The notes: generated by a model from the letters alone, not told the origin. Counted from the first letter of the stretch, positions 27,162 through 40,835 are shown. The stretch: DNA of 64,000 bases from Camelus ferus (GCF_009834535.1 NC_045707.1:53694001-53758000); one strand, 5' to 3'. A program made the numbers and translations.

Positions 27162-27596
27162 TTTTTTTTAACATTTTTTATTGATTTATAATCATTTTAC
27201 AATGTTGTGTCAAATTCCAGTGTTCAGCACAATTTTTCAGTTATTCATGGACATATACACACTCATTGTCACATTTTTTTCTCTGTGAGTTATCATAACA
27301 TTTTGTGTATATTTCCCTGTGCTATACAGTGTAGTCTATTCTACAATTTTGAAATCCCAGTCTATCCCTTCCCACCCTCCACCCCCCTGGTAACCACAAG
27401 TCTGTATTCTCTCTCTGTGAGTCTATTTCTGTCCTTTATTTACGCTTTGTTTTTGTTTGTTTGTTTTTGTTTTTGTTTTTTAGATTCCACATATGAGCGA
27501 TCTCATATGGTATTTTTCTTTCTCTTTCTGGCTTACTTCACTTAGAATGACATTCTCCAGGAGCATCCATGTTGCTGCAAATGGCATTATGTTGTC
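27162..27596 (-). mobile_element. Young 5'-truncated L1 with perfect 13-bp TSD
   Basis: Poly-T followed by the reverse L1 3' UTR and ORF2 end (MPFAATWMLLENVILSEVSQKEKEKYHMRSLICGI). TSD ggagttgagtttt at 27149-27161 and 27597-27609, followed by AA (TTTT/AA endonuclease site). Confidence 0.95.
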
Positions 27597-27934
27597 GGAG
27601 TTGAGTTTTAAGGATGAATTAAAATTAACTAAGCAGGCAAAGACAAAGTAATTCAAGGCACAGAAAAGCAATAGAAACAAGCACACACATGATAAGACGA
27701 ATGGCATAATTTAAGAAAGTGAGTAGACCTTCACAGTTGTAATATTAATTGTTAGAAAAGACTCCCTGAAAAATAGACTAGAAATGTAGGCTGAAGTCAA
27801 GTTGCAATGCATTTAACATGGAATGACAAGGAGTTATAAGTCATTAAAAGGTTTTAAATAAGTAAGTAGAATTGTAATAAATGTTTAGAGAGAGAATGCT
27901 AATAACAATATGGTTGATGAACTGTAGAAATGAG

Positions 27935-28490
27935 TAGTTTTCAGTGGGTCTTTTTGATTCCTGGACTCAGTTCTAAAGTTTGTGTGTATATGTGTGTGGA
28001 GTTGCTTCCTACACAATATGAAGCAATGCTCAGGCACCAGAAGGATGTCCAAGAATTCAGCTCAATTCTGACACCATCTACTGGGAGAGAGCATCAGATT
28101 CCACAGGTGAAGGGTCCAGTCCTACAAGACGGCCCCCACTTCCCCCAACACCGCTTCAGCTGCCAATCACAAGCCTAGGTTGTCACCTATGCGTCTAACT
28201 GACTGGCTATAACTCAGAGGTTCCCAAGACCCCTCCTCAGGATTGATTAATTTGCTAGAGTGGCTCACAGAACTCCGAAAAACATTCTACTTACTAGATC
28301 GCCAGTTTGTTAAAAAGGGATAAAACTTGGGAACAGCTAGGTGGAAGAGATGCACAGGACAAGGTTCGGGGAAAGAATGCGGAGCTTCTGCATCCTCTCC
28401 GGGTGTGCCACACTCCCAGCACCTACACACGTTCACCAGCCTGGAAGTTCTCTGAATGCCATCCTTTTGGTTTATTATGGAGGCTTGTGT
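27935..28490 (-). mobile_element. MER21-family LTR fragment
   Basis: Motifs aattcagctcaattctgacaccatctac, gcatcagattccacaggt and ttgattaatttgctagagtggctcacagaactc. Confidence 0.85.
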
Positions 28491-29842
28491 TTGGTACACC
28501 AGTGTGAATGATCTAAGTTATGATAAAAGTTCACAATAATTACATGTAGAGGAAAAATATAGGTAAATGAGGATGCCTAATGAGAGATCTTAGGTCACTT
28601 TTAAGCTATAATACAGATTTTTTTTTTCCCTCTTATTTCCTCCACCACAGCTTTTGTTTTAATGCAGTCATCTTACTCCCAACCTCCAGCATCTTCTGGC
28701 AGGATCAAACTCCCACCCACAATTTTGCATACACCATAATAAACAGAATAGCGAAATAGTGTTACAGTTAGAAATGTTCTCCTTGAAGCTCCAGTAAGGG
28801 TTTCTAAAATTTTAATTAGAGATGTTTCTCAAATGGTGAATTCATTAATTAATAATCCATAAAAAATGTGAGGTAACATTTCTGAAGAAAATATTTTCCA
28901 AAATAAAGTACATGTAATGACATTTTCCTTGCCTTCAAGAAACCCACAGTTTATTAGAAAAAAATAGCACATATAAAGAAATATTTGCAATGAAGTGTTA
29001 AAAGTGATGTGATGCGTAAGTTACACCAGTTGCACTGGGTATCCAAAGAAAGTACTAATGACTTCTATCTAGAGGAGGGAAAAACCAGGCAATGTTTCAT
29101 AGGAGGAGCATCATTTAAGCCGCTGAGGTGGGGAATGTGGAGTATTTGAGCAGACATATCACATGGGATGCTGTCAACCACTAGGACCAGAGAAGGTGGA
29201 AGGAGCTTTTAATGACTTTGGAAAGAATTTGAACTCTGTGCCATCAGCAAATGGAACTATGCTTGGGAGTGACAGGGTCAAATTTGTTCTAAGAAAGAGT
29301 ATAAAAAGGGAAGCATGGCAGAGGGGTATGAAAGATGCAATACATTCTTTAAGGATAGCAGTTGATAGGACAGTTTTAATAGTGTATGTTTTATGCTGTG
29401 TGAACTAGATACACTTACTTTCGAAGGCTGAAAAATTTGAATACCTTAGGTCAGTGGAGAATATATACAATCAAATATTATATTGATGATAAGCTGTTAC
29501 TATATAATATTTTATATTGATGAGTTATTGCACATATATAATATTTTTCTAGGAAAAAATAAATAAGTGCATTAAAGTCTAAACTATTATTTTAAAGATA
29601 AGCTTAGCAAAGTGAAGTAAAATTTAGAATTAGTTAAACCTCTGGAAAATTATAGTAAAAGCTATAGTGATGGCCATCGGGCATTAAAAGATTCTGAACT
29701 GTTTTATGAATCATGAAATATTAAGTTATGTTTAACATACTTTCAGTGTTACATGTATTCACATAAATTCCACATTTCTGACTAATAGCTAAAATGGACA
29801 ATTTTCCATTAGCCAGAATATTTTAATATGGTATCATAATTC

Positions 29843-30456
29843 TTTTTTTTTAATTTAGAAACTGTTTTCCAGTTTGATTTAGATGTAGTTGACATACCTC
29901 ACTAGATAAGTATAAGGTGCACCACAAAATGGTTTGACTTACATACTCTGTGAAATGATTACAGCTGTAAGTTTAGTTAGTTTCCATCATCTTATAAAAA
30001 CATGGTAAGAAGAGAAAGCAAATAAGAAATTTTTTTCATTGTGATAGAACTTTAGGATTTACTCTTCAACAGCTTTGCTACATGGGACATAGTGTTAACT
30101 GTAATCATCATGCTGTACGTTACATCACTGGTACTTACTTATCTTGCAAGTGAAAATTCGTACCTTTTAACTGCCTTTCTTCTAGTCTCCTCCCTAGTCT
30201 GGTAACCACAAATCTGACCCCTTTTTCTATGACTTTGTGCTTTTTTTGTCTTTTGTTTGTTTGTCTGTGTTTTTAAATACAGTATTTGTCTTTCTCTGTT
30301 TGATTTATTTTCCTTAGCATAATGCCCTCAATATCTATCCATGTTGTTGCAAATGGCAGGAGTTTCTCATGTTTTATGATTGAGTACAGTTCCCTTGTAT
30401 GTATGCCACAACCTCTTTATCCATTCATCTGTCATTGGACACCAAGGTTGTTTCCA
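29843..30456 (-). mobile_element. L1 3' end (L1MA9-like)
   Basis: T-tail followed by reverse L1 3' motifs (ctggtaaccacaaatctga; atccatgttgttgcaaatggcagg). Degenerate TSD ending aattctt on both sides. Confidence 0.82.
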
Positions 30457-31419
30457 GTGGACCAAAATTCTTAACTAGATAGGAAACAGTTAAAATGTGT
30501 AATCTGTAACAACCTATATTCTCAATCAATGTTTTTCATCATATGAATTTCATGGAAAACCACCTACATTTTTAAAATTCTGGATAAGAAATACAGTACA
30601 TTACACTATAAGATTTGACTTAAGTAGTTAATTAAATCTCACATATTAGAGTAGCCAATGAGGCACAACTGAAAAATTCGTGATTTTCAAAATAAAAAAT
30701 GTAATAAAAAGAAAATCTTTGAAAAATACAAACTACTAATTATCTTTAGTGCTTCTTGCTAGGATATTTCAACTTAGTCACTGGCTATTGTTTCTGAAGA
30801 TACAAGGAAGAGAGAAAAAGTCTTCTTTTAATGCTTAGCAATCAGAGGGACCAGTACTCAGAAAATACCCATGAATATGCTTCTGAGGGGTCTCCATGCA
30901 GCCCCTCTCACCTTCTGTTATGATGCTGTATGGTCAGTTTGCTTGTGAGGTGGAGTGTCAAAATTAAAAGTCCTCTATTTCCTAAAGGTTTATTAACAAT
31001 GTTTCACTATTTCTTAATGCTGTTGCTATTTTTCTTTTAAGAATGTGGACATATTTTTTTTTTTTGTAATATACCGAGAGCTGGCTAATAATGGCTTTAG
31101 AAACCAAATCGAAGGTATATTGAAGCATGTACATTTTCTGGTGTGATCAATGTCTACTTAGCAAATGGTACCACACACAAATGCATTGTTGTTGCTACCT
31201 TAATTTAAAAGGACCTCTTTCAATAATGTCTCTGGCTCTGGAGGAATTATAATCACACAGACTGCATAAGCTAAGAAAGCTTATTTAACTAAGCTGTCAA
31301 CAGCAATCTCTCAGATCTGCTTAAATTTATTGGGAGGCAGGGAGATCTCTTTAAAATGCTGACAATAAAACATAGAACTAGTTCTAAGCGTGTTACATTT
31401 AATACACAGGAATATATTA

Positions 31420-31910
31420 CAAGGTTAAAGGGATTTGGCAGTATCTATCATAACTGAACCTACTCTTTGATCCAGAAATTTCTCTTGTCAGATTATACTC
31501 CAAAATAATGCACAAAGATATATTACAAGAATTTCTACTGTAACATCTTCTGTAATAGAGAATATTTGGAAACAACTAACATATATATTTATAAGGAGAG
31601 GGTCAAATAATTAAGTGTTCCAACTAGACTATTCAGCTATTTAAAAGAGTAAAGTACCCTATTTGTACTGACATGGAAAAACTTCCAACATTTAGTAAGA
31701 TACAAAAAGACATAAATCAATACACACAGTGTGATTGATTCAATGCATGCCTGTTATTTAGAGAAAAGATGTGTGTGTGTGTAGAAAAGACCCCGGAAAT
31801 TAAATTATGGTTATCTCTATGAGGTACTCAGGGGCATGGTGGAGGGGGATATATATTCACTGCTTCTATTTGTATGTATTCTTGCATTACTTGTGTAATT
31901 TAAAAATGCA
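31420..31910 (+). mobile_element. Ancient L1ME/L1MC 3' fragment
   Basis: tttggcagtatctatca...ctttgatccagaaatttctctt and ctatttgtactgacatggaaaaacttcca motifs. Confidence 0.6.
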
Positions 31911-31924
31911 AGTAACAGAGGTCT

Positions 31925-32030
31925 GGGGAGAGGGTGTAGCTCAGTGTGCAGAATGTGTGCTTAGCACTTAGCATGCACGAGGTCCTGGGTTCAATCTCCA
32001 GTACCTCCGTTAAGATAAATAAATAAACCT
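31925..32030 (+). mobile_element. tRNA(Ala)-derived SINE, camelid Vic-1-like
   Basis: ggggagagggtgtagctcagtg (A box) ... ttagcatgcacgaggtcctgggttcaatctccagtacctcc (B box), then an (AAAT)n tail ending aaacct. Confidence 0.85.
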
Positions 32031-32359
32031 TCTAGCCCTACTCCTTATGAATGGGACTTGGACACTTTCTTTGTTTATTACAGCATTTGTTTTTATTTTT
32101 ATATTAGCAAAAACATGAGCTTTCAGGACTGGTGACATAACATACCACCACATCTGTAGAACTGTATAGTTGGTAGTATTATAATCTGTATTCCTCCTAA
32201 CTAATCATTAACATTCACTACCATGGACCAGTTAGCAGGTGAAATATATATATGGATATATATTTTTTCATGTAAGTATATACTATTCTTTCATACAAGA
32301 GGCTAAGCATTAGAATTGAGTTGATAGTAAATTACTTTCACTATATGAGGAGAAACAAG

Positions 32360-32600
32360 ATAATATAATGTTTAAGAGCATAGTATATAAAGTCACATAG
32401 GCCTTTGGTCTGAATTTCAACAATTATATGACCCTGCACAAGTTAATTAAATGTTCCCTAAAGCCTTATTTTTTTTATTAAAAAATGGATATAATAGTAT
32501 CCATTTATTGGAGTTTTAGAAGGATTCAAATAGATAATTCATGTAGAAAGTCCTGTAACACAGTGGCTAACACATAAGTTCCCATAAAATTTAGAAATTT
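32360..32600 (+). mobile_element. MIR SINE
   Basis: atgaccctgcacaagttaattaa...aaaatggatataatagtatcc core. Confidence 0.7.
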
Positions 32601-35600
32601 TTTAGTGCTTTTTCATAGTTTATGTTAATAGCCTGTTTTCCTCAATATATTATATAATTCCTGAAACAACATATGGAAATATTATTGGCATGAATTTTTC
32701 AATAATGAATATATTTGCAAAACTGTTTAATTCTTTAAAAATAATAATATCTTTAGCTATTGAATAAAGAAATAAAATTATTTTAGTACAAGAGAGCAAG
32801 CAGTTAGTCTTAGAGAAATATACTTTATGTAATTATTTCATTTTATTTGATTATCTGCACGGTGCCATGAATTGGTGATCTTTAGGGTACGCACAGGAAA
32901 TAATGCAAAACAGATGACAAGATTGAACACAAGAAAATTGGTTTTCACTGTTGAAATTATTAATTTATTTCTAAAATGTATTTTTCATTACCAATTTCCA
33001 TTATGCACTCAGGCCATAGCTTCCTAATCAATTCAATAATTCATACCATGGAAGAATGAAAAAGAGGAGAGACTGAAAGGTTGGTATAAAAATTATGTTT
33101 AAAGAACTGATAATGAATCTAGGTTAATGTATCTAGTTTTAAATTCATTTATTTCTTTTTAAAAACCACTTGACAAACCACTTTAGGAGATCAGTAACTA
33201 AGAGGAAAAGCTAGTCTTGATTCTGTTTCCACAGAAGGATAAACCAAATGAACCAAGATTATCATACAGCTGTTAATATCATTAGGCTTAATTTAACCTG
33301 AAGAGTATGGGAATTGAAAAAAATGAAACTGACATATTAGACATTTTTAAGATTCCTGATTATGAGATGAATAAAAGGAATTGAGACTTTAAAATACATG
33401 TTTTAATAGTAATTATACCATGGCTGTCGGCCACAGATGCCTACAGGCTTCTCATCTGAGCATTTAACTGTAGAAAATGACTGTTTTAATTTCACCAAGA
33501 GCAAGTTGTAGGATGGTTAATGATGTTTGTCTTATGTCTAAATTAGCACCTCTAGTCAACTTGAAATTATTTACCAATGAAGCTCTATAATACAGACATT
33601 TATCGCCTAAGTTGTCCATTTAGATACTGGAGCACAGTGAGTACAGTTATAAGAGTCTTTATAAAAGTGAAAATTATATCATCCATAAAATTCATATATG
33701 AGCAATAATATTACAAAACATGAAAAGAAAAAGAAGAATTGAAACACTCCTAGGCTCAGAACGCAAAGGACTTTTACCTTCAGAACTAATCCCTTCTAGT
33801 ATTTTTGCTTCACACTTTTTGCATAACTTTTAAAATGTATGTAGAATTTTAGGTTTTCTCACATATATTATTTTAAATATATTGTATGCCTACTTAAAAA
33901 ACTAGGAAATACAGAAGCATATTAGAGAAGAAAGTAACAACCACCCATATGTGTATTAAGTGCAGACAACAAATGTTAATATGTCATTGTAGTTCTTTAA
34001 TCTTTCTCTATGCACTTTAACATAGATAAAATTTTATGTGTATTTAAGAATAGTAAAGACATAAGAGTAAGTATTCTTATGAAGAATAAATACAGATCTT
34101 AGATACAAGATAATATTATGTAAGATAATAGGCGGTTTATTGACTCATGATAGTGGACATTTTCATTCAGGAAAAGTTTTAAAGATACAGAAAAAAAATT
34201 CTTTCCTCAAGTTTCTTGACATAGGAGTGAGTTTTAAGTTACTCAGCTCAACTCTATCTTTCTGATGGGAATAAACAAGAACCAAAATTTGTTGGCAATT
34301 ATCCTTGTAAACGCCAAGCTTTGTAAATGTTACAGCCATTGTAAGCAAGTCCATGAACGGAAGAAATCCTGTTACTGCTTCAGGTAACTATAAACAACAG
34401 GCAATGTATTCTATTTGAACATTGGATACAGTTTTATTAACATATTTCTTGAGTATAGAAAATTCAAAGGTACAAAAGAGGAACTGAGCTTTGCAATACT
34501 TAGTACAAAGTCCAACTTCACTGCTCAGATTCAAAATCAACATGAGAATACCTAAGTCCAATTGGTTTCCTGAATTTGGAATCAAAACTAAGTCAAAGAA
34601 CTGCACATCTCTCCATTCTTGGTTCTTAATTCATCTCTAAAATGACTTAGCAGGTATCTTTAAGTATCTTTTAAAAGAAAAATAGTTGTGTTTTATTTTC
34701 CAAAACCTTATTTTACCCCTGGAAAATAAGGATAACTTTTTTGATCTGCAGTTATGGGGCAATAACATTTTCCTTCAAAAGTTCCAAGATATTTTCTCAT
34801 TATCTTCCTTTTAAGTAAAATTATTATGGAATAGAAGTCTGAAACCAGTCTACTCACTTTATTTATCAAGATACTTGTAGGGTATTAATTTGTACTTTTC
34901 CTGCTTAGATGATAGTAGGATTTTGAGAAAAAAGAAAAAGAAAACAACTTCAGAATAGAGAAATGTTACACTCTCCATGCTGCTTTCTGCTGTACCCTTT
35001 TTCTGGAAACTTCCCCACCCTTATCCCACTCCCTGTCTGCTGTCACCTCCTTTATGGGATATTTCCTGAAGACATCTCCTCCCAAGGAGAGAGGACAACT
35101 CCCTTCTTTCTCTGGTCTCTATTTCTACTATAATCTGTGCACATTTCCAAAGTCAGACTTGTAACATTTCATGGATCTAATTTTGGCACATCTACCTTCC
35201 ACTTACCTTGACCAAATGGCAGTTGTAAAAACATGCGCGTATTAATCTTTTCTTCCTAGTACAATGTCATGTGCAGAATAAAGCTTCAATAAATGCTGAA
35301 AGGACAAAGGCAACATTTAACATCTAAGGCAGCACAGACTAAACAATCACTTAATGATGTTTCTAAAAATTCTTGATAACAACTACCAGGAAAGTGTTTC
35401 AGACCACATCATGTGTTTTTATTGTACCTCCTCTGTAAGGTTTTTTTTGGTTTGTTTGTTTGTGTTTCTCTTCTACTTCAGCAGGATGTGAAACTGTGGT
35501 CATTGTGTCTAGCACAGACACCTGGTACTTAGTGTGAACTCTGTGCTTGAAAGAAAAGATGGATACATTGATAATGAACTATCTACAATAGACCTATTCC

Positions 35601-38600
35601 TTCTGGTTTTAGAATTTAATAACAAGCTTAATAAAAACAATTCTTATTTAAAGGGAAAAACAATTAGTATTCTAACAGTATACCATTGAAATACCAACAT
35701 ACATGTATGCATACATCATACATACCTACTCAAATCGGTGTTTGGTGATACTGAGTTCAACTTAAAGTTTATGTGTTCTATTACTATACAAAAATGTGTG
35801 GCAGTTTTACTGAGATAATATATTATAGTCTTTTGTACTATACCAATAATTATGCATAAATGTTTGCACAATCCCTTAGGGGAAAATAATCATCTTATGT
35901 ATTATCTCTTCCTATTAGTAATAGAAATAGGGATCTTCAGTATTATTGCTTTAACCAAATTTTAACTTGATTGGGAAGCACCTAATTTTTATATCTCTCT
36001 GATAAACTCATTGAGTAGACTAGAATGCATAAAAAGATAGAGATTTAGAAAGAAGACCCATTATTTATTATACCTATATAGCATAATTGCTCAGTGTTGT
36101 TCCATGGGCACATTGCTTTAACTATCTAGTCTTCCTTATTTGTAATGTGAGAATAATCGGAAATATATTCTTGTTTTACCTCGTGAATTTTGTGGAAGAT
36201 TAAATAAAATCTGCATCACAGCCCTCTGAATGAGTTAGTATCACCATCACCATCATTATTCCTTTCTCCCCCAGCACAACTTAAAACAGCCTTTGTGACT
36301 ATAACTTTTCTTAGCACTAACTACTGTGTTCTCTCTAAAGTAGTTAGTTCCGTGTTGCTTTTTATTGGTTCCACTCCAGTCAGGCCTTTTCCAGATCACT
36401 GGAAAGAAACTAGAAATCTATAACATAATGATATTCTAAAAGAGAAGTTGGTAAATAAAGTGCATATCTTAGCTTTAGTGTTGAAAAAGACTAGACTTTC
36501 TTCCGAGTCTTCATCTCAAGTGTTACTATTTTTATAGTCAGTGGCAGAAAACCTCCAGTCTGTCAATGCTGCACATTTTCTATCTGCATTGAAGCTTAAA
36601 GGAATCAGAAACTAAATCTCGCTGGTCATCATTGTGAACCCTATGAAACAGTCTAGTCTCTATCATTTTCCACTCTGCTACCACCTCTAGCTACAACTTA
36701 AGACATTAAAAAAAATCTCAAATGGAGAAAACAATTACATTTGTTCCTGTCAGTATCTAAAAATCTGAGCTTTTTGTACAAAAGGTAATGATAATCATGT
36801 TTTGCAAGACCCTTTTCATTTCCATGGCTTCCTGAAGCTTTTGCTATGTCAGCAACATCCTTTCTGTTCATTGGAAAGTACTGAATACTGCCCTGAGGGC
36901 ATGTGAAGCCTTCCACAAAGCACAGTAGAAAAAGAAATTGGGCAAACATTAAAAAAGGCAAGCCAAGCAGGTCAGATGCACATAGTGGCACGTGGCAGAC
37001 AGATGAACCGTTGACAGCAAGACTTCTTTCATGCTTTCCCTGAAGCGAGGTTGAGTGTTGGATATAAGCCCATGTGATTAGGGGAATGTAATTTACTTTT
37101 GCATTCTGTTGATTTAAAAATAGACTATTAAATTTAATACAAATTACAGTTTAGTGCCTTGAGATTACTGTGCCACGTTCATTCAGATGGACAGGAATAT
37201 GGTTTTCCTTTTTCCATCCTTTTATACAGGCTGTGGAGTAGTTTGCATTGGGAAGTGTGATTTTACCCTAAAGAGCTGGAGGGAGAGAACTGAGCTCATT
37301 AACATTTGGTAGTTTGTTGCATATAATCCAGGTAACATTCCAGAAACATGATAGCATGCACAGACATATGCACTCTAAGCAAACAGCTCTACTGGGTAAT
37401 AATTCACTTGTCACTTTATATCAGCATCAATTCTTTAATAAATGAACATTTTTCTTGACTTGATGAAAACTAGCACACAGACTCCCCCACAGTGTCTTTC
37501 CAAGAAAAAATATAATAGTTTGTACAACCAACTCTTTATCTGCCTCTGTGAGCAATGATCTGAGGTAAATAATAGATATCCATAGTGTTACAATGACAGA
37601 ATCTTTATTCTTATACATATGTATGCAAGGAAGTAAAGATTATAGTCTAATAAGTCCAAAGACAATCTGTCCCCAAATTGCATGGTTTCTAAAATTTTCA
37701 CCATACCTGAATTCTGTTATTAAACAGACCAGATTACATCTGTCTGAGACTCCCCAGTGCAAACTAGTTATTTTGCTACTGGTCTTCTAAGTGTCCACAG
37801 TGTCAATATAAATTTTTTTCTGCTACATTTCTTAAATATCCCCAAAGATTTTTATTTATCTCAGTTATAAAATATTTCAATCCATTAAATAACAAAACTA
37901 ACCACAAGTGGCATTAACCTCACTTCTCAAGTAAATTATAAAACAAACAAAAAAGAGTCTATGGTGCTCTGATAATGGACAAGGCCAAGTTTGATGTGCT
38001 CATTGCGTTTTTGCAACTGAAGAGTCCAGGAACTACAGTGTAGGCCTGGGTCATGGCAGGGAAGCTTTTAGGCAAGCTTTTACACGTGCTGTGCTGTGGG
38101 AAGGAAACACAAATATTCACAGGTTGATAGTTTTTCCCATAGCTCCAAGTCCAAGATTTCCACAACGCAAAAATGCACATTAAAAAAAAAAAAAAAAAAC
38201 CCAGCATAGTAGTTGTTTGCTATCTTTTTAAAAAACACTCCACTAAGTTTTCAAATAATATGGTAAGAAGTTTTAAAAATGTTTTACATATAAGAAGCTC
38301 ATAATCCAAAGGAAAATAAGACAATAGAAAGTATTGAGTAAATTAAGAAAAGTGTAGATAAAATAAGAGTTCAAACAAGTGAAAAAATAATTTCTGATGG
38401 AAAACAAGGCTCAGAGAAATCTTCGTCAAGAATGTAACATTTTGGTGACCTAAAAATTAAATTCCAAAATGTGGGCATTGGAAAGAGAAGAGCAAACCCA
38501 TGAAGATTAGAATGTGAGGTAGTACTTTTCTTAAGCTGATGCCCAGAATATACTTAGTTTAAGGAGGAAAAGGGGATTATGTAGCAAAGCACATCCACAC

Positions 38601-40107
38601 ACATAACAATTTGTAGTTAGGTCTCTGAGAAACAAACTGTGCTGCACCAAATAATATCCTTTTTTGCCTTATGTGCTTGTAAATGGTTTGATTCCTAAAT
38701 TTCACTAAACAGAAGTAGGGATTCCAGAACTAACATACAGATTGGTTTTCACTTCCACGTTACTCAGCTTTAGCTCTAATACAGGGCTGATGGCACTCAG
38801 TGTTGAATTCCAAAGGAGAGTCCGACAGACCTTTATGAAGATCTGCTACATTTCCTCAGGAGCTATGTTCAGACACAGGGATGCTGATGTTGGTGTTAGG
38901 AAATGGGACAGTTCCCCTGGAACTACCCCATCTGCGCGCAATTTTACCTTCCATAGCTTGGATCTGGCCTCAACCAGAGGTTTTGCCAAGCAAGTCCAAG
39001 TCTTGTTAGGACCAGGCCATCTTCCTATGGTTCAACCAGGTGCACTCAAAAATTCTTCTGGTTCTGAAATTGTTCAGAGGTAGGAGATTAGGTGATTTCA
39101 ACCCTGTGGCAAAACCTGAAAAACACAGGCGCATCAGACTTGTAGGATAGAAACTTCCTATAAATGTATGAACATTTGTTTCTGAAAAAGGTACTATCCT
39201 ATCTGACTGGCTGTTCTACATTTTGTTCATTTGCACACAGCAGTTCATCAAAGATTTTGGACCCCAATCCAGAAAGGATTATTATGCTTAAGTTTTACCC
39301 GATCCTTTCTGTTCACCTGTCCATCCTCCAAGCAAATCTAATTCCTTGGCTATTTTCCTGGACTGTCTACAAGACTGTCACCCATTCCACCTACACTTAA
39401 CGTAGAGTTACAGCAGTTTAAGAGCTGCATTTATGAAGAAGAGATGTCGCCCATTTCTGTGGAGTTGTGTCCCCACAACCACTCACACTCCGATGAGTCC
39501 AAAACAGAGAGACAGTCAGCCTTACAGAGCTTCAAAGTGATAAAGTTAGTTGGTCAACAGTCTTTGTGATCACCTGTTTTGCACTTTTAAAAGATGGGGA
39601 ATTGCATACAAGTAAAACATTAGGAGAGAACACTTTCAGATTATTAAAGGTTAGAAAGAGGACACTGGAGTTGGCAGCATGGATCTGCTAAGTTGCCGTC
39701 TTGAAACTCTCTGGATGAAACTGCTAAGGTTTCAAAGTATTTCTTCCTCTAGTTAATGCAGTAGTTGCTGAAGCTCCTGTTTCAAGCAATCCAAACTTCA
39801 CGGTAGTGGCAGCTTTGCAATGTGCTTCTCCAAGTTATGTGACTTTGGATAAAGTCACAGCCTGTATAAATTTCAGTGTCCTCCAATGGAAGGTGCCAGG
39901 TCTCTGCCTTCCATACAGTCCAGAAAGGTGATGCGGGCCCTCAGTTATATTCTCTGCTGGTCTTTTGGATCCTCTTTGGACTCTAGGTGATTGGCATGAC
40001 CTCAGCATACACAGCCTATAGGGAGGTAAAGGGAGAGAATGCCTGAAGCACTAGGGCTCCCACCAAAGTGGACTCCAGTTCTTCTGTTATTTCCTGTAGG
40101 AAAAGAC

Positions 40108-40835
40108 TTTTTTTTTTTTTCAATTTAATATAAAACTGCTTTTATTATTGCAAAACAGTTATTTTACCTCAGGAGTGGAGAGCAGAAATCAGACAGGATA
40201 GATGTAAAACCTGTAGCTTTGAATCAAAAGAACTGTCCAGACCCTCTGCCTCTTCTACCTGCCCAGGTGTTTTGCAGCTTTCTTCCTAGTGTCGCTTTCA
40301 GAGTACAAATAAAAGTGCAACTAATTCTGGAACTTGAAACATAAATACATGAAATGCCTTTGAAGAGATACTATGTGCCTTTCCCCCATTTTCCCGAAGA
40401 GAATTACTGAACAGGACCAGCTGGATTTGTCTTCCGCACAATTTTCCCTACATAAATCTTGGGGTTCCAGTAGCAGGGAAAGTCCGGGTCTGAATGCACC
40501 TGCTGGTTGAGCTCTGCGCAGCGCTGAGCTGGCTGTGCCTCTTTGCTAACAGGAGGTTCACCTTGGGGCATTGTTTTATCATTGTGATGACTCACATGAT
40601 TGGTGGACAGCTTTCTTGATTAATGCCGGGGAGCACAACAGGACCCCATTGTTACGTTTCCTCTACTAACCTCGCGGAGCAAGCATCTTCTGAATACTCC
40701 TGGGCTCAAAACGCATCCTGCCATCTCCTCCAGTGCGGGGTGGGGGGGGGGGAACTTCCGGTTTAGAAGCACGAGGCGTGGCGGAGGGAGGGACGCCAGA
40801 GACGACTTCCAAACCCGCTTCCGGTTCAGGGGCTG
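40108..40835 (-). pseudogene. Processed retrocopy of an unidentified small-protein mRNA
   Basis: T13 at 40108-40120 (poly(A) on the - strand) with minus-strand AATAAA at 40141-40146, 20 nt upstream. Two same-frame ORFs (40620-40880 and 40404-40595) are separated by a single TAA. The 5' end is CpG-rich with CCGGAAG motifs. No clear target-site duplication (TSD). Confidence 0.7.
40740..40830. promoter_or_regulatory. CpG-rich promoter-like patch with two ETS/GABPA sites and a KLF/Sp-like box
   Basis: ACTTCCGGT 40754-40762, GCTTCCGGT 40817-40825, GGCGTGGCGG 40775-40784 and a G-run at 40737-40752, in an otherwise CpG-poor window. Confidence 0.5.

Noticed and set aside
31925..32008. Functional tRNA-Ala gene
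   Set aside because: Degenerate D-arm, duplicated anticodon region and SINE-type tail show it is a SINE.
39838..39859. Perfect 9-bp hairpin tgtgacttt-ggat-aaagtcaca
   Set aside because: Matches the naturally palindromic MIR core (tgtgaccttgggcaagtcac) and is too short to imply function.
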